A stretch of DNA of 37,895 nt from an uncultured bacterium (GCA_963759775.1 CAVXAH010000001.1:104787-142681); one strand, 5' to 3'. Counted from the first letter of the stretch, positions 14,174 to 23,536 are shown. The notes: generated by a model not told the origin, from the letters alone. Made by a program: numbers and translations.

Positions 14174-15424
14174 CTAGTTGCGGCCGAGAATAGAATCCAG
14201 CGTGTTCTTCCGGATAATCATCCACGCCGGTATGAACCCAGCGATAATGGTGGAGAAGACAAGAAGGCCAACCCGGAAGAGCGTTCCTTCAAGCGGTGCA
14301 ACCAGAATGCCGTCGCTAAAAGGAAAATCAATCGGGTGTGCGAGAAAGAGCGGAACCAAAAAACCATAGAGAACGATAAGGCCAATGGCTGAACCGCAGA
14401 GCGCATAGAAAATGGACTGAAAGACGTAGGACATCTGTATGGCGTGGCCGTGTATTCCAATGCCTTTCAAGATGCCGATATATTTTCGGCGCGTGAGCGC
14501 GTTAATAAAGACCACGATGAAAATCGTGATGGACGCGACCACAAGTCCTATGGAGCCAAAAGCGGTGCCGAGCATGTTGAACGTATTGATGATGTCCTTA
14601 AGAAACTGCGGCTGCGCGTCTGCGTAGGTTTGTACTTTCGCGTAGTCATCAACGCCGCGGAGCTTGAGTGTATCTCGTACCGCAATCGGATCAGCCCCCG
14701 CCACAAGCTTAATGGCGAGCTGATCAACGTTCCCGTCATTTCGGCCAATCATGCTCCGGAATTGTGAGTCAATCATGAACGCATTTCTCGTGAGCGAGTC
14801 CACTTTGCTTTTGATAATGCCTTTCACCGTCACTTCTCTCGTCACCCCATCAACGACGATACGAATCTTCGTCCCGATACCGACATTTTCAAGCGCCGCT
14901 AAGTTCGGATCATCTACTGGCACGTATTGAGAAAGTAAGTAAAAACCGAGGATAATCTGATCGTAATCTCCTGGCGAAAGATAGGAGCCTTCCATGATTT
15001 TCCCTCCAAGCCCCGTAACTGCGTCTTCAGCGTAAGGGTCAATACCCATTATTTGGGCGGCCGCGATATTGGGCTTGTCGGTGTCTTTGCGAGTTTTGTA
15101 GTTCGCTTCAAGCGTTGCTCCTTCGGAATAGCGCGGCGACGCTGACTCAACCTCCGGAAGACTTTTGACGAGCGCGATCAGGTTTGGGCTATTTTCAATG
15201 TATTTCTTATCATCCAAACTAGAAATAATGACGTCGCTCGTAAACTCCGTACGCCAGGCGTTAATAGAACCTTGAATAAGGCCCACCAGAATTCCAGAAA
15301 CGACGACAAGGTTAAGAAACGTGAGCACCATCACGAAAATAATGAGGCTCGTTGTCCATACGCTTGCTCTCCGGAGCGCCCGAAACGCGAGGAAGGAGCC
15401 AATACGGACCGTAAGAGGAATCAT
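14174..15424 (-). CDS. ABC transporter permease, FtsX/MacB family
   Basis: 416 aa with an N-terminal TM helix, a large extracytoplasmic domain and a C-terminal three-TM FtsX-like bundle. Confidence 0.8.
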   Translation of the reverse strand: MIPLTVRIGSFLAFRALRRASVWTTSLIIFVMVLTFLNLVVVSGILVGLIQGSINAWRTEFTSDVIISSLDDKKYIENSPNLIALVKSLPEVESASPRYSEGATLEANYKTRKDTDKPNIAAAQIMGIDPYAEDAVTGLGGKIMEGSYLSPGDYDQIILGFYLLSQYVPVDDPNLAALENVGIGTKIRIVVDGVTREVTVKGIIKSKVDSLTRNAFMIDSQFRSMIGRNDGNVDQLAIKLVAGADPIAVRDTLKLRGVDDYAKVQTYADAQPQFLKDIINTFNMLGTAFGSIGLVVASITIFIVVFINALTRRKYIGILKGIGIHGHAIQMSYVFQSIFYALCGSAIGLIVLYGFLVPLFLAHPIDFPFSDGILVAPLEGTLFRVGLLVFSTIIAGFIPAWMIIRKNTLDSILGRN

Positions 15425-16872
15425 TATAATTCTGCAAGGACTTCTTCCCCTGCCGAAAGGCCAGAGATTATTTCAACCGTTCCTGAAGATGAGACGCTGC
15501 CGGTCACCACTTCTTGCTCGCGTACCTCATTTCCCTCTCTCACGCGCACAAAGCTCTTGCCGTCTCGCTTGGTTACCAACCCCTGCGGAATACTTATGAT
15601 ATTTTCCCTACGGTCCGTAGTGATAACCACATTCGCCGTCATGCCCGCCCGAACCCGCTCGTCCTGCTCATCGAAATATAAGACGGCGCGGTAGGTGGAA
15701 ACGCCGTCCCGAATCGTCTCTGCGGGGTCAATAGAAACAATGCGCGTCGCAAAAGGAACCGTAGAGCCATAGGCATCAAGCGTTACTTCAGCTTCGTCCC
15801 CTACTTTGAGAAGTGAAAGGTTTGTCTCTGGAACATAACTCTCTATTTGAAGTCCTTTGGCGCTTATAAGAGAAATTGCTGGTTCGTTTGAAGACGCGAG
15901 ACCGCCCACTTTTATGGGAACTGCGGTCACCACAGCATTAAAGGGCGCACGGAGGCTTCGCTCGCTGATCAATGTCCTGATGCGCGCAATCTCAGCTTCA
16001 GCGCTTTGCACTTGTGCATCAAGCACCGTTGAACCTTCTGTACTTCCCAGTTTTGCTTCAGCGTCCGCAATCGCGCGGTCGCGTGCACGAAGCGCTTCTT
16101 GGTACGCGTTGTAGTTCGCGAGGTACGAGGAACTTTTTGTGTTGGGAATCGTAACGTACCATATCGTGTCGTTATATTCATTTAGCAAGTCGGGGAACGA
16201 TACAAAAAGTCCATGCGTACCAAGTGCAGTAGGTTCGTTTTCAAAAATTTCTACTGGTCCGGTCTTCTCAAGGTTAAAAGTTCGCAATTCAAAATCGTCG
16301 GAAGTTGCGGTTCGTCTAGAAATACTAAGCTTATACGTACCCTCTGCGCCACTGTATCGACCAGTAATGAGTGGTGCCTCGGCCGTATAGGAAGACGAGT
16401 TTGGTACGGCTACCAAACCTTCGGAAAGAAGTTCGCTGTATGCGCTTAGAACCAGTTCGTTCTGCTCTTTGCGCACCTCTTCCAGATTTACCGAGGTGCT
16501 TCCCCGCTCTGCTCTTCGCACCGCAAGGTCGGCCTCCGCCGCGCGCAAGTTTGAGGCGAGTGCACTCGTGGTAAGGCTTGCAAGTACCTGACGTTCCGAA
16601 ACTTTGTCTCCTACCTTCACAAAAATAGAGGTTACTCGATCCGTATCTGGAAAGGATAGGTCAACGCTCTCGGTCGCGGTAACTTTCCCTGACACGGAAA
16701 CTTGCTGGAGGAATTCGCCCGACACCACAACGAGAGATTCCTCCTTTCCATTCTCGCTCGGATACAAGAAAACAACTCCTGCGAATACTAAAACTGCAGT
16801 TCCAACCAAAACGAGTGTTTTCTGATTTGAAAATATGTTCAGTAGTTTTTCCATGCCATCGCGAATTGCCAA
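15424..16872 (-). CDS. HlyD/MacA-type membrane-fusion (periplasmic adaptor) protein
   Basis: 482 aa with an N-terminal anchor, a lipoyl-like segment VKVGDKVSERQVLASL, a long coiled-coil and a beta-barrel C-terminus. It overlaps the permease start. Confidence 0.75.
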   Translation of the reverse strand: MAIRDGMEKLLNIFSNQKTLVLVGTAVLVFAGVVFLYPSENGKEESLVVVSGEFLQQVSVSGKVTATESVDLSFPDTDRVTSIFVKVGDKVSERQVLASLTTSALASNLRAAEADLAVRRAERGSTSVNLEEVRKEQNELVLSAYSELLSEGLVAVPNSSSYTAEAPLITGRYSGAEGTYKLSISRRTATSDDFELRTFNLEKTGPVEIFENEPTALGTHGLFVSFPDLLNEYNDTIWYVTIPNTKSSSYLANYNAYQEALRARDRAIADAEAKLGSTEGSTVLDAQVQSAEAEIARIRTLISERSLRAPFNAVVTAVPIKVGGLASSNEPAISLISAKGLQIESYVPETNLSLLKVGDEAEVTLDAYGSTVPFATRIVSIDPAETIRDGVSTYRAVLYFDEQDERVRAGMTANVVITTDRRENIISIPQGLVTKRDGKSFVRVREGNEVREQEVVTGSVSSSGTVEIISGLSAGEEVLAEL

Positions 16873-16938
16873 CGTGAGTAGAAAATGAAGGTTGAGTGAG
16901 CTTTGTTTTTTTATTATACCATTTGAAATACTTAATTT

Positions 16939-16963
16939 GTAACACTCTTGTCAATGAATCGTC
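16939..16963 (+). promoter_or_regulatory. candidate ECF-type promoter (GTAAC-N16-CGTC)
   Basis: An AAC motif ends at 16943 and CGTC starts at 16960, giving a 16-nt spacer. It lies about 70 nt upstream of the 87-aa secreted-protein gene. Confidence 0.2.
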
Positions 16964-17030
16964 TGCGTATACGAGCCTACGCACAGAGGCCCTATTGGCT
17001 CAGGGGCCAGTACCAAATAACAAAAACACC

Positions 17031-17294
17031 ATGATTAATGCAACATTCATGAATGTCGGGGCACGTGTTCTCATTGGAACGGGCCTCGCACTCACTACCT
17101 TTGCTCTTCCTAGCTTCGCCGCCGCAGCAACATATGCGTACGTGAACACGGCGGGTGAAGTACGTACGGTCAGTGCTGATGCACCCATGACCGCCATCGC
17201 AATCGCTCCAGGTATTGCGCTTCACAGTGGGGTTCTCCTGCTCGTCAATCCATCGGATGGAATTGTGGGCGACTCTGTGGGCGGTGCGAAGTAA
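17031..17294 (+). CDS. small secreted protein (87 aa), paralogue of 22063..22326
   Basis: The sequence has a signal peptide ending FAAAAT, then YAYVNTAGEVRTV...HSGVLLLVNPSDGIVGDSVGG. By hand alignment, 58 of 87 positions are identical to the paralogue. Confidence 0.65.
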   Translation: MINATFMNVGARVLIGTGLALTTFALPSFAAAATYAYVNTAGEVRTVSADAPMTAIAIAPGIALHSGVLLLVNPSDGIVGDSVGGAK

Positions 17295-17310
17295 GCTTCC
17301 CTACACTAAT

Positions 17311-17343
17311 AAAGAAAGCACCCGCTTTGCGGGTGCTTTCTTT
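17311..17343. terminator. bidirectional hairpin terminator
   Basis: The hairpin is AAAGAAAGCACCCGC-TTT-GCGGGTGCTTTCTTT and it lies between convergent genes. Confidence 0.7.
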
Positions 17344-17731
17344 ATTTTATAGATCTTTTCGTCCGCTTTATTCGAGAATTGTTCTGTCTTCCTGCACGTT
17401 TTATTTCCTTTTTTATCATTTCCCAATTTGCCTTCAGTTCGTTTGCCGCCCGCTTCATCTCCTTCGCATCTACTCTGCGCGCAACTTGGTACGTATCCGC
17501 GATACGATCCACTGCAGTTGCGAACGCTTTGGGACTCGCACGCTCAAGGCGTCCCATCTCTTTCAGCACTTCTTTTTTCATATCATTCGCCCATTTCGAA
17601 GCGCGTTTTCGATGATTCTTCGCATGTTCACTTCCGTAAAAATAATAACCTGTTGCTGCAGCAGCACCCGCCGCGATTAATCCTGCACCAACTTTCATCG
17701 CGTTCTTCCGCGCGTTCGATATATTTTTCAT
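17342..17731 (-). CDS. YtxH-like membrane-anchored stress protein
   Basis: An N-terminal Gly/Ala-rich helix, KVGAGLIAAGAAAATGYYFYG, is followed by a charged helical tail. Confidence 0.5.
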   Translation of the reverse strand: MKNISNARKNAMKVGAGLIAAGAAAATGYYFYGSEHAKNHRKRASKWANDMKKEVLKEMGRLERASPKAFATAVDRIADTYQVARRVDAKEMKRAANELKANWEMIKKEIKRAGRQNNSRIKRTKRSIK

Positions 17732-17775
17732 AGAGTGTGGAAGTTAAAGGAATTCTAATAAATAGAAATTGTGTA

Positions 17776-18039
17776 CTATTTTGACGTTCGTTTTTTTGTT
17801 TTACCGAAAAAATCAAAGAGTGACTTCAGTCTTCCTTTCCCACGACGGATATCGGAGCGCAGTAGAGCAAGATCAAGGCGGATGGTGTCACTTTCAAGTG
17901 CAATTTGTTCTGAAACATGTTCAAAATGTTTCAGAATACGCGCAATCCTCCAGAAAACGAACACCATTGAAGCCCCAAGAACGACGACCACTGTCGTTGT
18001 TGCAAAGAGAAGAAGATACATTTTCATGACATCATCCAT
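17776..18039 (-). CDS. DUF948-like membrane-anchored protein
   Basis: An N-terminal TM helix is followed by a helical segment, ILKHFEHVSEQIALESDTIRLDLALLRSDI. Confidence 0.45.
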   Translation of the reverse strand: MDDVMKMYLLLFATTTVVVVLGASMVFVFWRIARILKHFEHVSEQIALESDTIRLDLALLRSDIRRGKGRLKSLFDFFGKTKKRTSK

Positions 18040-18111
18040 AATGGCGTCTGTTCTTGAAGAGGGACTACTCTGTACCGAGTATCTTTCACTAATCCCGTCT
18101 GTCCGACAATC

Positions 18112-18360
18112 TTACTTTCGCACTATCTTAACGAGACCAATAAGCACAGATGCTCCAAGGAGAGCGACGAGGAAGCTGTAGAGGTTGAAGGTAGTAATAG
18201 CCGTTCCTCCGACAACACTCATAATCCAGCCGCCAATCACTGCACCCAGAATACCGACGACAATGTTCAGAACCGCGCCCTGCTGCGCATTCGTACCCAT
18301 AATCATGGAGGCAACCCAGCCAACCAAAGCACCAAATACAATCCAAAGAATAATTCCCAT
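18112..18360 (-). CDS. GlsB/YeaQ/YmgE-family stress membrane protein
   Basis: [23 protein letters not shown]...[14 protein letters not shown] is the canonical family pattern. Confidence 0.85.
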   Translation of the reverse strand: MGIILWIVFGALVGWVASMIMGTNAQQGAVLNIVVGILGAVIGGWIMSVVGGTAITTFNLYSFLVALLGASVLIGLVKIVRK

Positions 18361-18444
18361 ATGTTTGTAAGTATTATAGTAGATAATAATATTTCCTCTT
18401 ACCTACTATGAAGCCGAGGCCCCCTGCAGGCTATTACACACGAT

Positions 18445-18696
18445 TTATTTTTTCACGACGACAATAGTACAGTCCGAGAGGAGTGCCGCGAGGGCACCTA
18501 CTGCCGCAAGTATCGGCACCAGGACGGCACCAACGGCACCCAAAGTAAGCGGTATCTCAAGGACGGACTCCCCTTTCTCATTCTTAATGATAATCCGTCT
18601 CGCATTACCTTCCTTAATAATCTTTTTTACTTTTTCAAGAATCCCATCACCGGTGACTTTAAACTCTTCCGTCTTTTCGTTGGTGGTATTTTCCAT
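18445..18696 (-). CDS. DUF4342-domain protein
   Basis: The EKVKKIIKEGNARRIIIKNEKGESVLEIPLTLGAVGAVL pattern is followed by a C-terminal hydrophobic segment. Confidence 0.65.
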   Translation of the reverse strand: MENTTNEKTEEFKVTGDGILEKVKKIIKEGNARRIIIKNEKGESVLEIPLTLGAVGAVLVPILAAVGALAALLSDCTIVVVKK

Positions 18697-18697
18697 T

Positions 18698-18946
18698 TTA
18701 CTTTCGGACTAACTTAACGAGACCGATAAGTACGCATGCGCCAACTATTGCAACGAGGAAACTATACAAATTGAAGCCTGTTACGTCCGATCCGCCCGTG
18801 ATACTCATGAGCCAACCCCCAATCACTGCACCCACAATACCGACGACAATGTTCAAAATTGCTCCTTGCTCGGCATCTGTTCCCATAATCATTGAAGCGA
18901 TCCATCCTACGAGCGCACCGAAGATAATCCAAAGAATGATTCCCAT
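18698..18946 (-). CDS. GlsB/YeaQ/YmgE-family stress membrane protein (second copy)
   Basis: 82 aa and highly similar to 18112..18360. Confidence 0.85.
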   Translation of the reverse strand: MGIILWIIFGALVGWIASMIMGTDAEQGAILNIVVGIVGAVIGGWLMSITGGSDVTGFNLYSFLVAIVGACVLIGLVKLVRK

Positions 18947-18952
18947 ATAGTT

Positions 18953-19312
18953 TTAGTTAGTTTCTTGTTTTTTTAATTCAACCGCTGCTTCTCCCGTCGA
19001 CACCGTCTTGCCCATCAAGAATAGTTTGATGATGCCGACAGCTACCATCCAATACACGACGATTGCCAGGAGCGTTGTCCATTCAAAAACGCTTCCTGAA
19101 ACGTAGGTGACCCGGAAGACATTCAGAAATGGCGCCGCGAAGACGTGCGTTGCCCCATAGATGATGCTCGTAAATCCGGCTTCAGGATTTGCTCCGAGCA
19201 ATTTCAATACAAATCGAAACGCAAGAAGTGCTTCTATAAGCCCGAGCACATACCAGACGACCTGTGTCCCTCGATAGATTGGTTTCGTGCTCGGTGAGTT
19301 GTAGGAGTCCAT
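18953..19312 (-). CDS. YggT-family membrane protein
   Basis: The pattern VVWYVLGLIEALLAFRFVLKLLGANP...FAAPF is typical of YGGT repeat proteins. Confidence 0.7.
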   Translation of the reverse strand: MDSYNSPSTKPIYRGTQVVWYVLGLIEALLAFRFVLKLLGANPEAGFTSIIYGATHVFAAPFLNVFRVTYVSGSVFEWTTLLAIVVYWMVAVGIIKLFLMGKTVSTGEAAVELKKQETN

Positions 19313-19332
19313 AAGAGGTTTAGAGGTTGCTG

Positions 19333-20412
19333 TTAATTTGTCTCAAACGAAACACGACTTCCGCGCACTAAACCGACACTGTTCTCCGCTACCACGCGGA
19401 AGAAGTACGTGGTACTTGAAATCAGGCCAGAAATATCGGCGGTAACAGAGACCGCGCCTGAATTTGCTCCAAGTGTTTTCTCAGCTGTCGTGCGAGCCAA
19501 CACTGAACCAAAGAGTGAGTCTGTGCTGTACTCAAACCAATAGGTTGTTGATGCGCCTTGCGGATCAACTACCGCGCGGAGCGTTGCGGTGGTTGTCGCG
19601 ACATTCGTTGCGCTCTCGGTCGTAGCGGAAGGTGACGCGGAGGCAGAGGGTCCCGCAGTTTTGAAGTTAAGAATTGCGCCGTTCACCGTGCCGAACTTAT
19701 TTTGAGCATTCAGGCGGAAGTGGTAGGCGGTGTTTGGGTCAAGACCTGAAAGCGAAAGAGAAACTTGTGTCTTGGTGCTCCCGTCACCGACCGATACCAG
19801 TGCGGTTGTGTTCCCTAAATTAGTCGTCTTTCCATACTCAAACCAGTACTGGGTGGTGGCTTTGTTTGGAGTGACTTCACCGTTCAGGTTTGCGGTTGTT
19901 CTTGATATCCCACTTGCGGGCGCGGTAGATGCTCCTGGTGCACTACCCACTGGGGGCGGAACATCATGCGTGGTTTGGAAGGTATATGTTGACCCTCTCG
20001 CAATACCATACTGGTTTTCAGCGGCAACACGGAAGTGATACGTCGTGTCTTTCGTAAGTCCTGTAATGTAGCCCGGCACTTCAATTGAGGCATATCCCGA
20101 ACCAATCATCTGGCGAGACGTCGTTTTCCCTAAGCTTGCGGTAGTTCCGTATTCATACCAGTAGTTCGTGAAGGAGCCGTTTGGCGTTACGATACCGTTC
20201 ACGATTGCCGTGGTGTCGGTGGTCGCAACCTTTATATGCGTAGCGGCAAAAGGCTTCGCAGGTTGCAACGTTTGTCCAACATTTCCTCCTGTTGTTGATG
20301 TGGAGGTTGCCGTTGGCGATGAAGTCCCATTTTTGTTAACGGTGTAGAAAACCAGCCCACCAACTACAGCAACGGCGACCACTCCTAGTATGATTGCAAC
20401 AGTCCGGTCCAT
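19333..20412 (-). CDS. membrane-anchored protein with three FN3-like repeats
   Basis: An N-terminal TM helix precedes three repeats, each with Y/WxEYG...TxYHFR(V/L)xAxNxxG. Confidence 0.65.
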   Translation of the reverse strand: MDRTVAIILGVVAVAVVGGLVFYTVNKNGTSSPTATSTSTTGGNVGQTLQPAKPFAATHIKVATTDTTAIVNGIVTPNGSFTNYWYEYGTTASLGKTTSRQMIGSGYASIEVPGYITGLTKDTTYHFRVAAENQYGIARGSTYTFQTTHDVPPPVGSAPGASTAPASGISRTTANLNGEVTPNKATTQYWFEYGKTTNLGNTTALVSVGDGSTKTQVSLSLSGLDPNTAYHFRLNAQNKFGTVNGAILNFKTAGPSASASPSATTESATNVATTTATLRAVVDPQGASTTYWFEYSTDSLFGSVLARTTAEKTLGANSGAVSVTADISGLISSTTYFFRVVAENSVGLVRGSRVSFETN

Positions 20413-20571
20413 AAAAAGTAAATAGAGTTATTAGTAGTGCTCTCGTATGCCTGACGCCGAGCTGTGCGCCAAACCATTACGGCCCATTACGATAAGAACG
20501 AGCTGTACTGTATACCAACGATAGATGTACTTTGAGTGAAGCTGGCTACTACGTAAGTAAACTGACTTCTT

Positions 20572-21126
20572 TTATGCGTGCGGATAGAGTTGTCGAAGCT
20601 TCACTAACCCTCGATGCAGTTGTACCGCCATGGTATTTTTTGACTCTCCCGTAATGAGAGACATCTCCGTGAGGGAAAGACCTTGTGTGTATCGCATGCG
20701 CATCACTTTTTGGTATTTCTCAGGAAGACGCATAATTAAAAGAAGTGCTGCCTTTCCATCAAGCGTATTGACCATACGTTCAGAATGATCCGCGCCTGGC
20801 TCAAACCCTCTTTCGAGAAGAACGTCGAGTGAGGTTGTTTTGCGCTTTCTATATTCATCGACGATAAGATTATTGAGTATATGGTAGAGAAACGATTTCA
20901 TTACCTCTATTTTTCCTCCTTTGACCAAGTAGCTCCATGTTTTCAGAAAAGTGTCTTGTACCAAATCTTCCCCTATTTCGTGACTGTGGAGTTTAAAAAA
21001 AGCATAGCGATTAAGGCTCTTGTTATAGTCCCCGTGCGCCACAGAGAGTGTCGTTTTTCGCTCTGCTTCCTGTTTTGGGGTCATCATGGGCGAAGCCGAA
21101 CGCGGCATTACACTATTACAGCACAA
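20572..21126 (-). CDS. ECF-type RNA polymerase sigma factor
   Basis: Region 2 is EDLVQDTFLKTW and region 4 (helix-turn-helix) is LSLTEMSLITGESKNTMAVQLHRGLVKLR. The true start may be an internal Met near 21087-21108. Confidence 0.8.
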   Translation of the reverse strand: MCCNSVMPRSASPMMTPKQEAERKTTLSVAHGDYNKSLNRYAFFKLHSHEIGEDLVQDTFLKTWSYLVKGGKIEVMKSFLYHILNNLIVDEYRKRKTTSLDVLLERGFEPGADHSERMVNTLDGKAALLLIMRLPEKYQKVMRMRYTQGLSLTEMSLITGESKNTMAVQLHRGLVKLRQLYPHA

Positions 21127-21186
21127 TTACAGTGAGACTGCCGTGAAGAACTCGGCAAAGGAGTACTTATAAAGGAAGTATAGCAT

Positions 21187-21810
21187 ATGCTCGGATTAAA
21201 ATCCTTGAAATATATTAAGCGTTTCTGCGGCATTCGTAGTATGAAAACAAATAAATCAAAAAATTCTCTCACGCCAGCCCGCGCGGACATGATCGAACGG
21301 TTGTGGGAAGAAAGCTGGACATATATTAAGACGGTGGTTGACATCGTGCGTGATCCCATTTTAATTCTCGACAAAGACCTTCAAGTCATGGCGGCAAACG
21401 AATCTTTCTATAGAACGTTTCAAGTCGAACGCAAAGATACGGAAAAGAAGATCGTCTATGGGCTTGGAAATGGACAGTGGGACATCCCTGCCCTCCGAAA
21501 GCTTCTTGAGGATATTTTGCCTAAAAATACCTTTTTCAAAGGTTTTGAAGTTGCGCATGAATTCCCTTTTATCGGACGCAAGGTGATGCTCCTCAACGCT
21601 CGCCAAATTCACTTCAAAGTGGATGCCGCATCTCCGCTGTTCCCCACAACAATTCTGCTTGCCATGGAGGACGTAACGGACATGATGCTCGTCGCTGAAA
21701 CACTCGCGAGTCATGCAAACCAGCTTGAAGCAAAGCTCGTCGAGCGAACACAAAAATTGGAGACCAAAATTGGCGGCTTAGAAAGGGAAATAAACGCCCT
21801 CAAGCAATAG
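21187..21810 (+). CDS. PAS-domain protein with a C-terminal coiled coil
   Basis: The PAS-like block is VRDPILILDKDLQVMAANESFYRTF...GRKVMLLNARQI. The tail is heptad-like, and an AAGGAAG Shine-Dalgarno lies upstream. Confidence 0.65.
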   Translation: MLGLKSLKYIKRFCGIRSMKTNKSKNSLTPARADMIERLWEESWTYIKTVVDIVRDPILILDKDLQVMAANESFYRTFQVERKDTEKKIVYGLGNGQWDIPALRKLLEDILPKNTFFKGFEVAHEFPFIGRKVMLLNARQIHFKVDAASPLFPTTILLAMEDVTDMMLVAETLASHANQLEAKLVERTQKLETKIGGLEREINALKQ

Positions 21811-21822
21811 CCGTAACCCTCT

Positions 21823-21969
21823 GTAAGCAAAGCTTACATCTGCCTCGCTCGTAAAAAATGAATGGGGCACTCATTTTGCTCCTCGCTCGTTGTTGTAAGT
21901 AAGCTTGCAACCGCCTCGTTCGGACAAAACGAACGAAAGGTTCGTTTTACTCCTCGCTCGTTGTTGTAA
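21823..21969 (+). repeat. tandem ~73-nt repeat (two units plus the start of a third), each with an A/T-tract hairpin and a CTCCTCGCTCGTTGTTGTAA box
   Basis: The 20-nt box is exact at 21879-21898 and 21950-21969. The hairpins are at 21855-21877 and 21926-21948. Confidence 0.7.
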
Positions 21970-22062
21970 TACTTGCATCAACGCAACGGCATCCTCTACG
22001 AGAGCCTAGAAACGAGAGGCCTTCCTCTCTCCTAAAGTTCTTATCAAATAATAACTATCACT

Positions 22063-22326
22063 ATGACTAAAACAATTTCAGTGAACATCGGTGCTCGTTT
22101 CCTCGTCGCAACAGCTCTCGCCCTTGCTACGTTTGCGCTTCCGAGCATGGCTTTCGCAGCAACGTATGCGTACGTGAACTCCACTGGCGAAGTGCGCACC
22201 GTCACCGCAAACACACCCACAGAAGCCCTCTCGACCGCTCCGGGCATTTCAACGCACAGTGGCGTTCTCTTGCTCAGCAATCCTTCAGACGGGATTGTGG
22301 GAAATTCAGTAGGAGGCACGAAATAA
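22063..22326 (+). CDS. small secreted protein (87 aa), paralogue of 17031..17294
   Basis: The sequence has a signal peptide ending MAFAAT, then YAYVNSTGEVRTV...HSGVLLLSNPSDGIVGNSVGG. Confidence 0.65.
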   Translation: MTKTISVNIGARFLVATALALATFALPSMAFAATYAYVNSTGEVRTVTANTPTEALSTAPGISTHSGVLLLSNPSDGIVGNSVGGTK

Positions 22327-22356
22327 CCAAAGCTTGCTGCCGTAGTTCACCTCAGC

Positions 22357-22392
22357 GAAAAAACGGCTCCCGTAAGGCGGAGGCCGTTTTTT
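22357..22392 (+). terminator. rho-independent terminator
   Basis: The hairpin GAAAAAACGGCTCC-CGTAAGGC-GGAGGCCGTTTTTTC has a T-run. Confidence 0.7.
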
Positions 22393-22426
22393 CGTCTTAA
22401 CTAGACATAACCTATACTACTCTTAT

Positions 22427-23536
22427 ATGACTACGCTACCCGGACTTTCTCTATCATCTCTGCGTTTCATTGCTCTCGTAACTACTGTGCTTATGGCGAG
22501 TATCCCCCTCTCTGCTTCTGCCGCAACCGCAAGACCAAGCTGTTATCTTCAAGTGTCCACCTCTCAAGGAGACGTGAAAATACGAGAAAAGGGCGAAGTT
22601 CTCCTTCTTCATGGAGACGAGCTTCGTATTACATGGGTGAGCAAAAACGCGACGGAAGCGACAAACGCAAATGGCGACCCGCTTTCGCTTTCGGGTGCGG
22701 AAACTTTTTCCCCGAGTGCATCTACCGCCTATTCGTACCGCTTCACTTCTGGCAGTAAAAAGACAACCTGTACGGTTACTGCACGCGTAGTTACCGGAAG
22801 TATCAATGCCTCTTCACTCACCTCTTCTTCACTAAAACCAACGCTTTCGGGTACCCTCACCGGTATAAAAACTGCGTATATAACCATACAGAAAACGGAC
22901 AGTACTAAAAAGATCTATACCAGTAAGTTGAAGGTGGTTAGTGGAAAATGGACAGCAAGAGTCTCAAAAAAACTCTCAAATGGAACGTATGACGTTATTG
23001 TGTCCTCTACAAAGAGCGCAACTCGAGGTGTCATCGTGCGAGGAGTCCTCACGGTTGACACGGAGAAAAAGAATTCTCCGAAAACAGCAACAACGTTTGC
23101 CGTGTCGTCAGTGCCACTTCTCTTCGGAGGAACCGCTCGTGCGGCGACCGCCGTGCCGGTTTCGTATCTTCAAATTACGAACACGGGTAAGGAGCCTGCT
23201 TCGCTCAAAGGATTCTGGATCAAACAAAACGGTTCTGCACCGACCGAATCAGTGATTGGTCTCTCAACTGTTGACGACCAAGGTGGCTCACGTAGTTCGG
23301 TAGGAGGTACAGAGGGTTCCCTGCTCTTTAAGAATGGGTCTGCTTTTGTTCCTACCGATGCGCTCTTTGAGCCCGGCCAAATGCGCCTCTTCACTATTAA
23401 AGCAATTCTTACCGGTAACACTTCGAACTTTCTCGGGACACAACTTGTAATTGATGTCACTGCACTCGATGCCAATGCATCAATACAAGAGGGCTCCTTC
23501 CCGATACGCGGAACGACCTGGACCATCGGCGGTTAA
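22427..23536 (+). CDS. hypothetical secreted protein (369 aa)
   Basis: The signal peptide is ...MASIPLSASAAT. The Ser/Thr-rich, beta-rich sequence suggests Ig-like domains. Confidence 0.55.
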   Translation: MTTLPGLSLSSLRFIALVTTVLMASIPLSASAATARPSCYLQVSTSQGDVKIREKGEVLLLHGDELRITWVSKNATEATNANGDPLSLSGAETFSPSASTAYSYRFTSGSKKTTCTVTARVVTGSINASSLTSSSLKPTLSGTLTGIKTAYITIQKTDSTKKIYTSKLKVVSGKWTARVSKKLSNGTYDVIVSSTKSATRGVIVRGVLTVDTEKKNSPKTATTFAVSSVPLLFGGTARAATAVPVSYLQITNTGKEPASLKGFWIKQNGSAPTESVIGLSTVDDQGGSRSSVGGTEGSLLFKNGSAFVPTDALFEPGQMRLFTIKAILTGNTSNFLGTQLVIDVTALDANASIQEGSFPIRGTTWTIGG

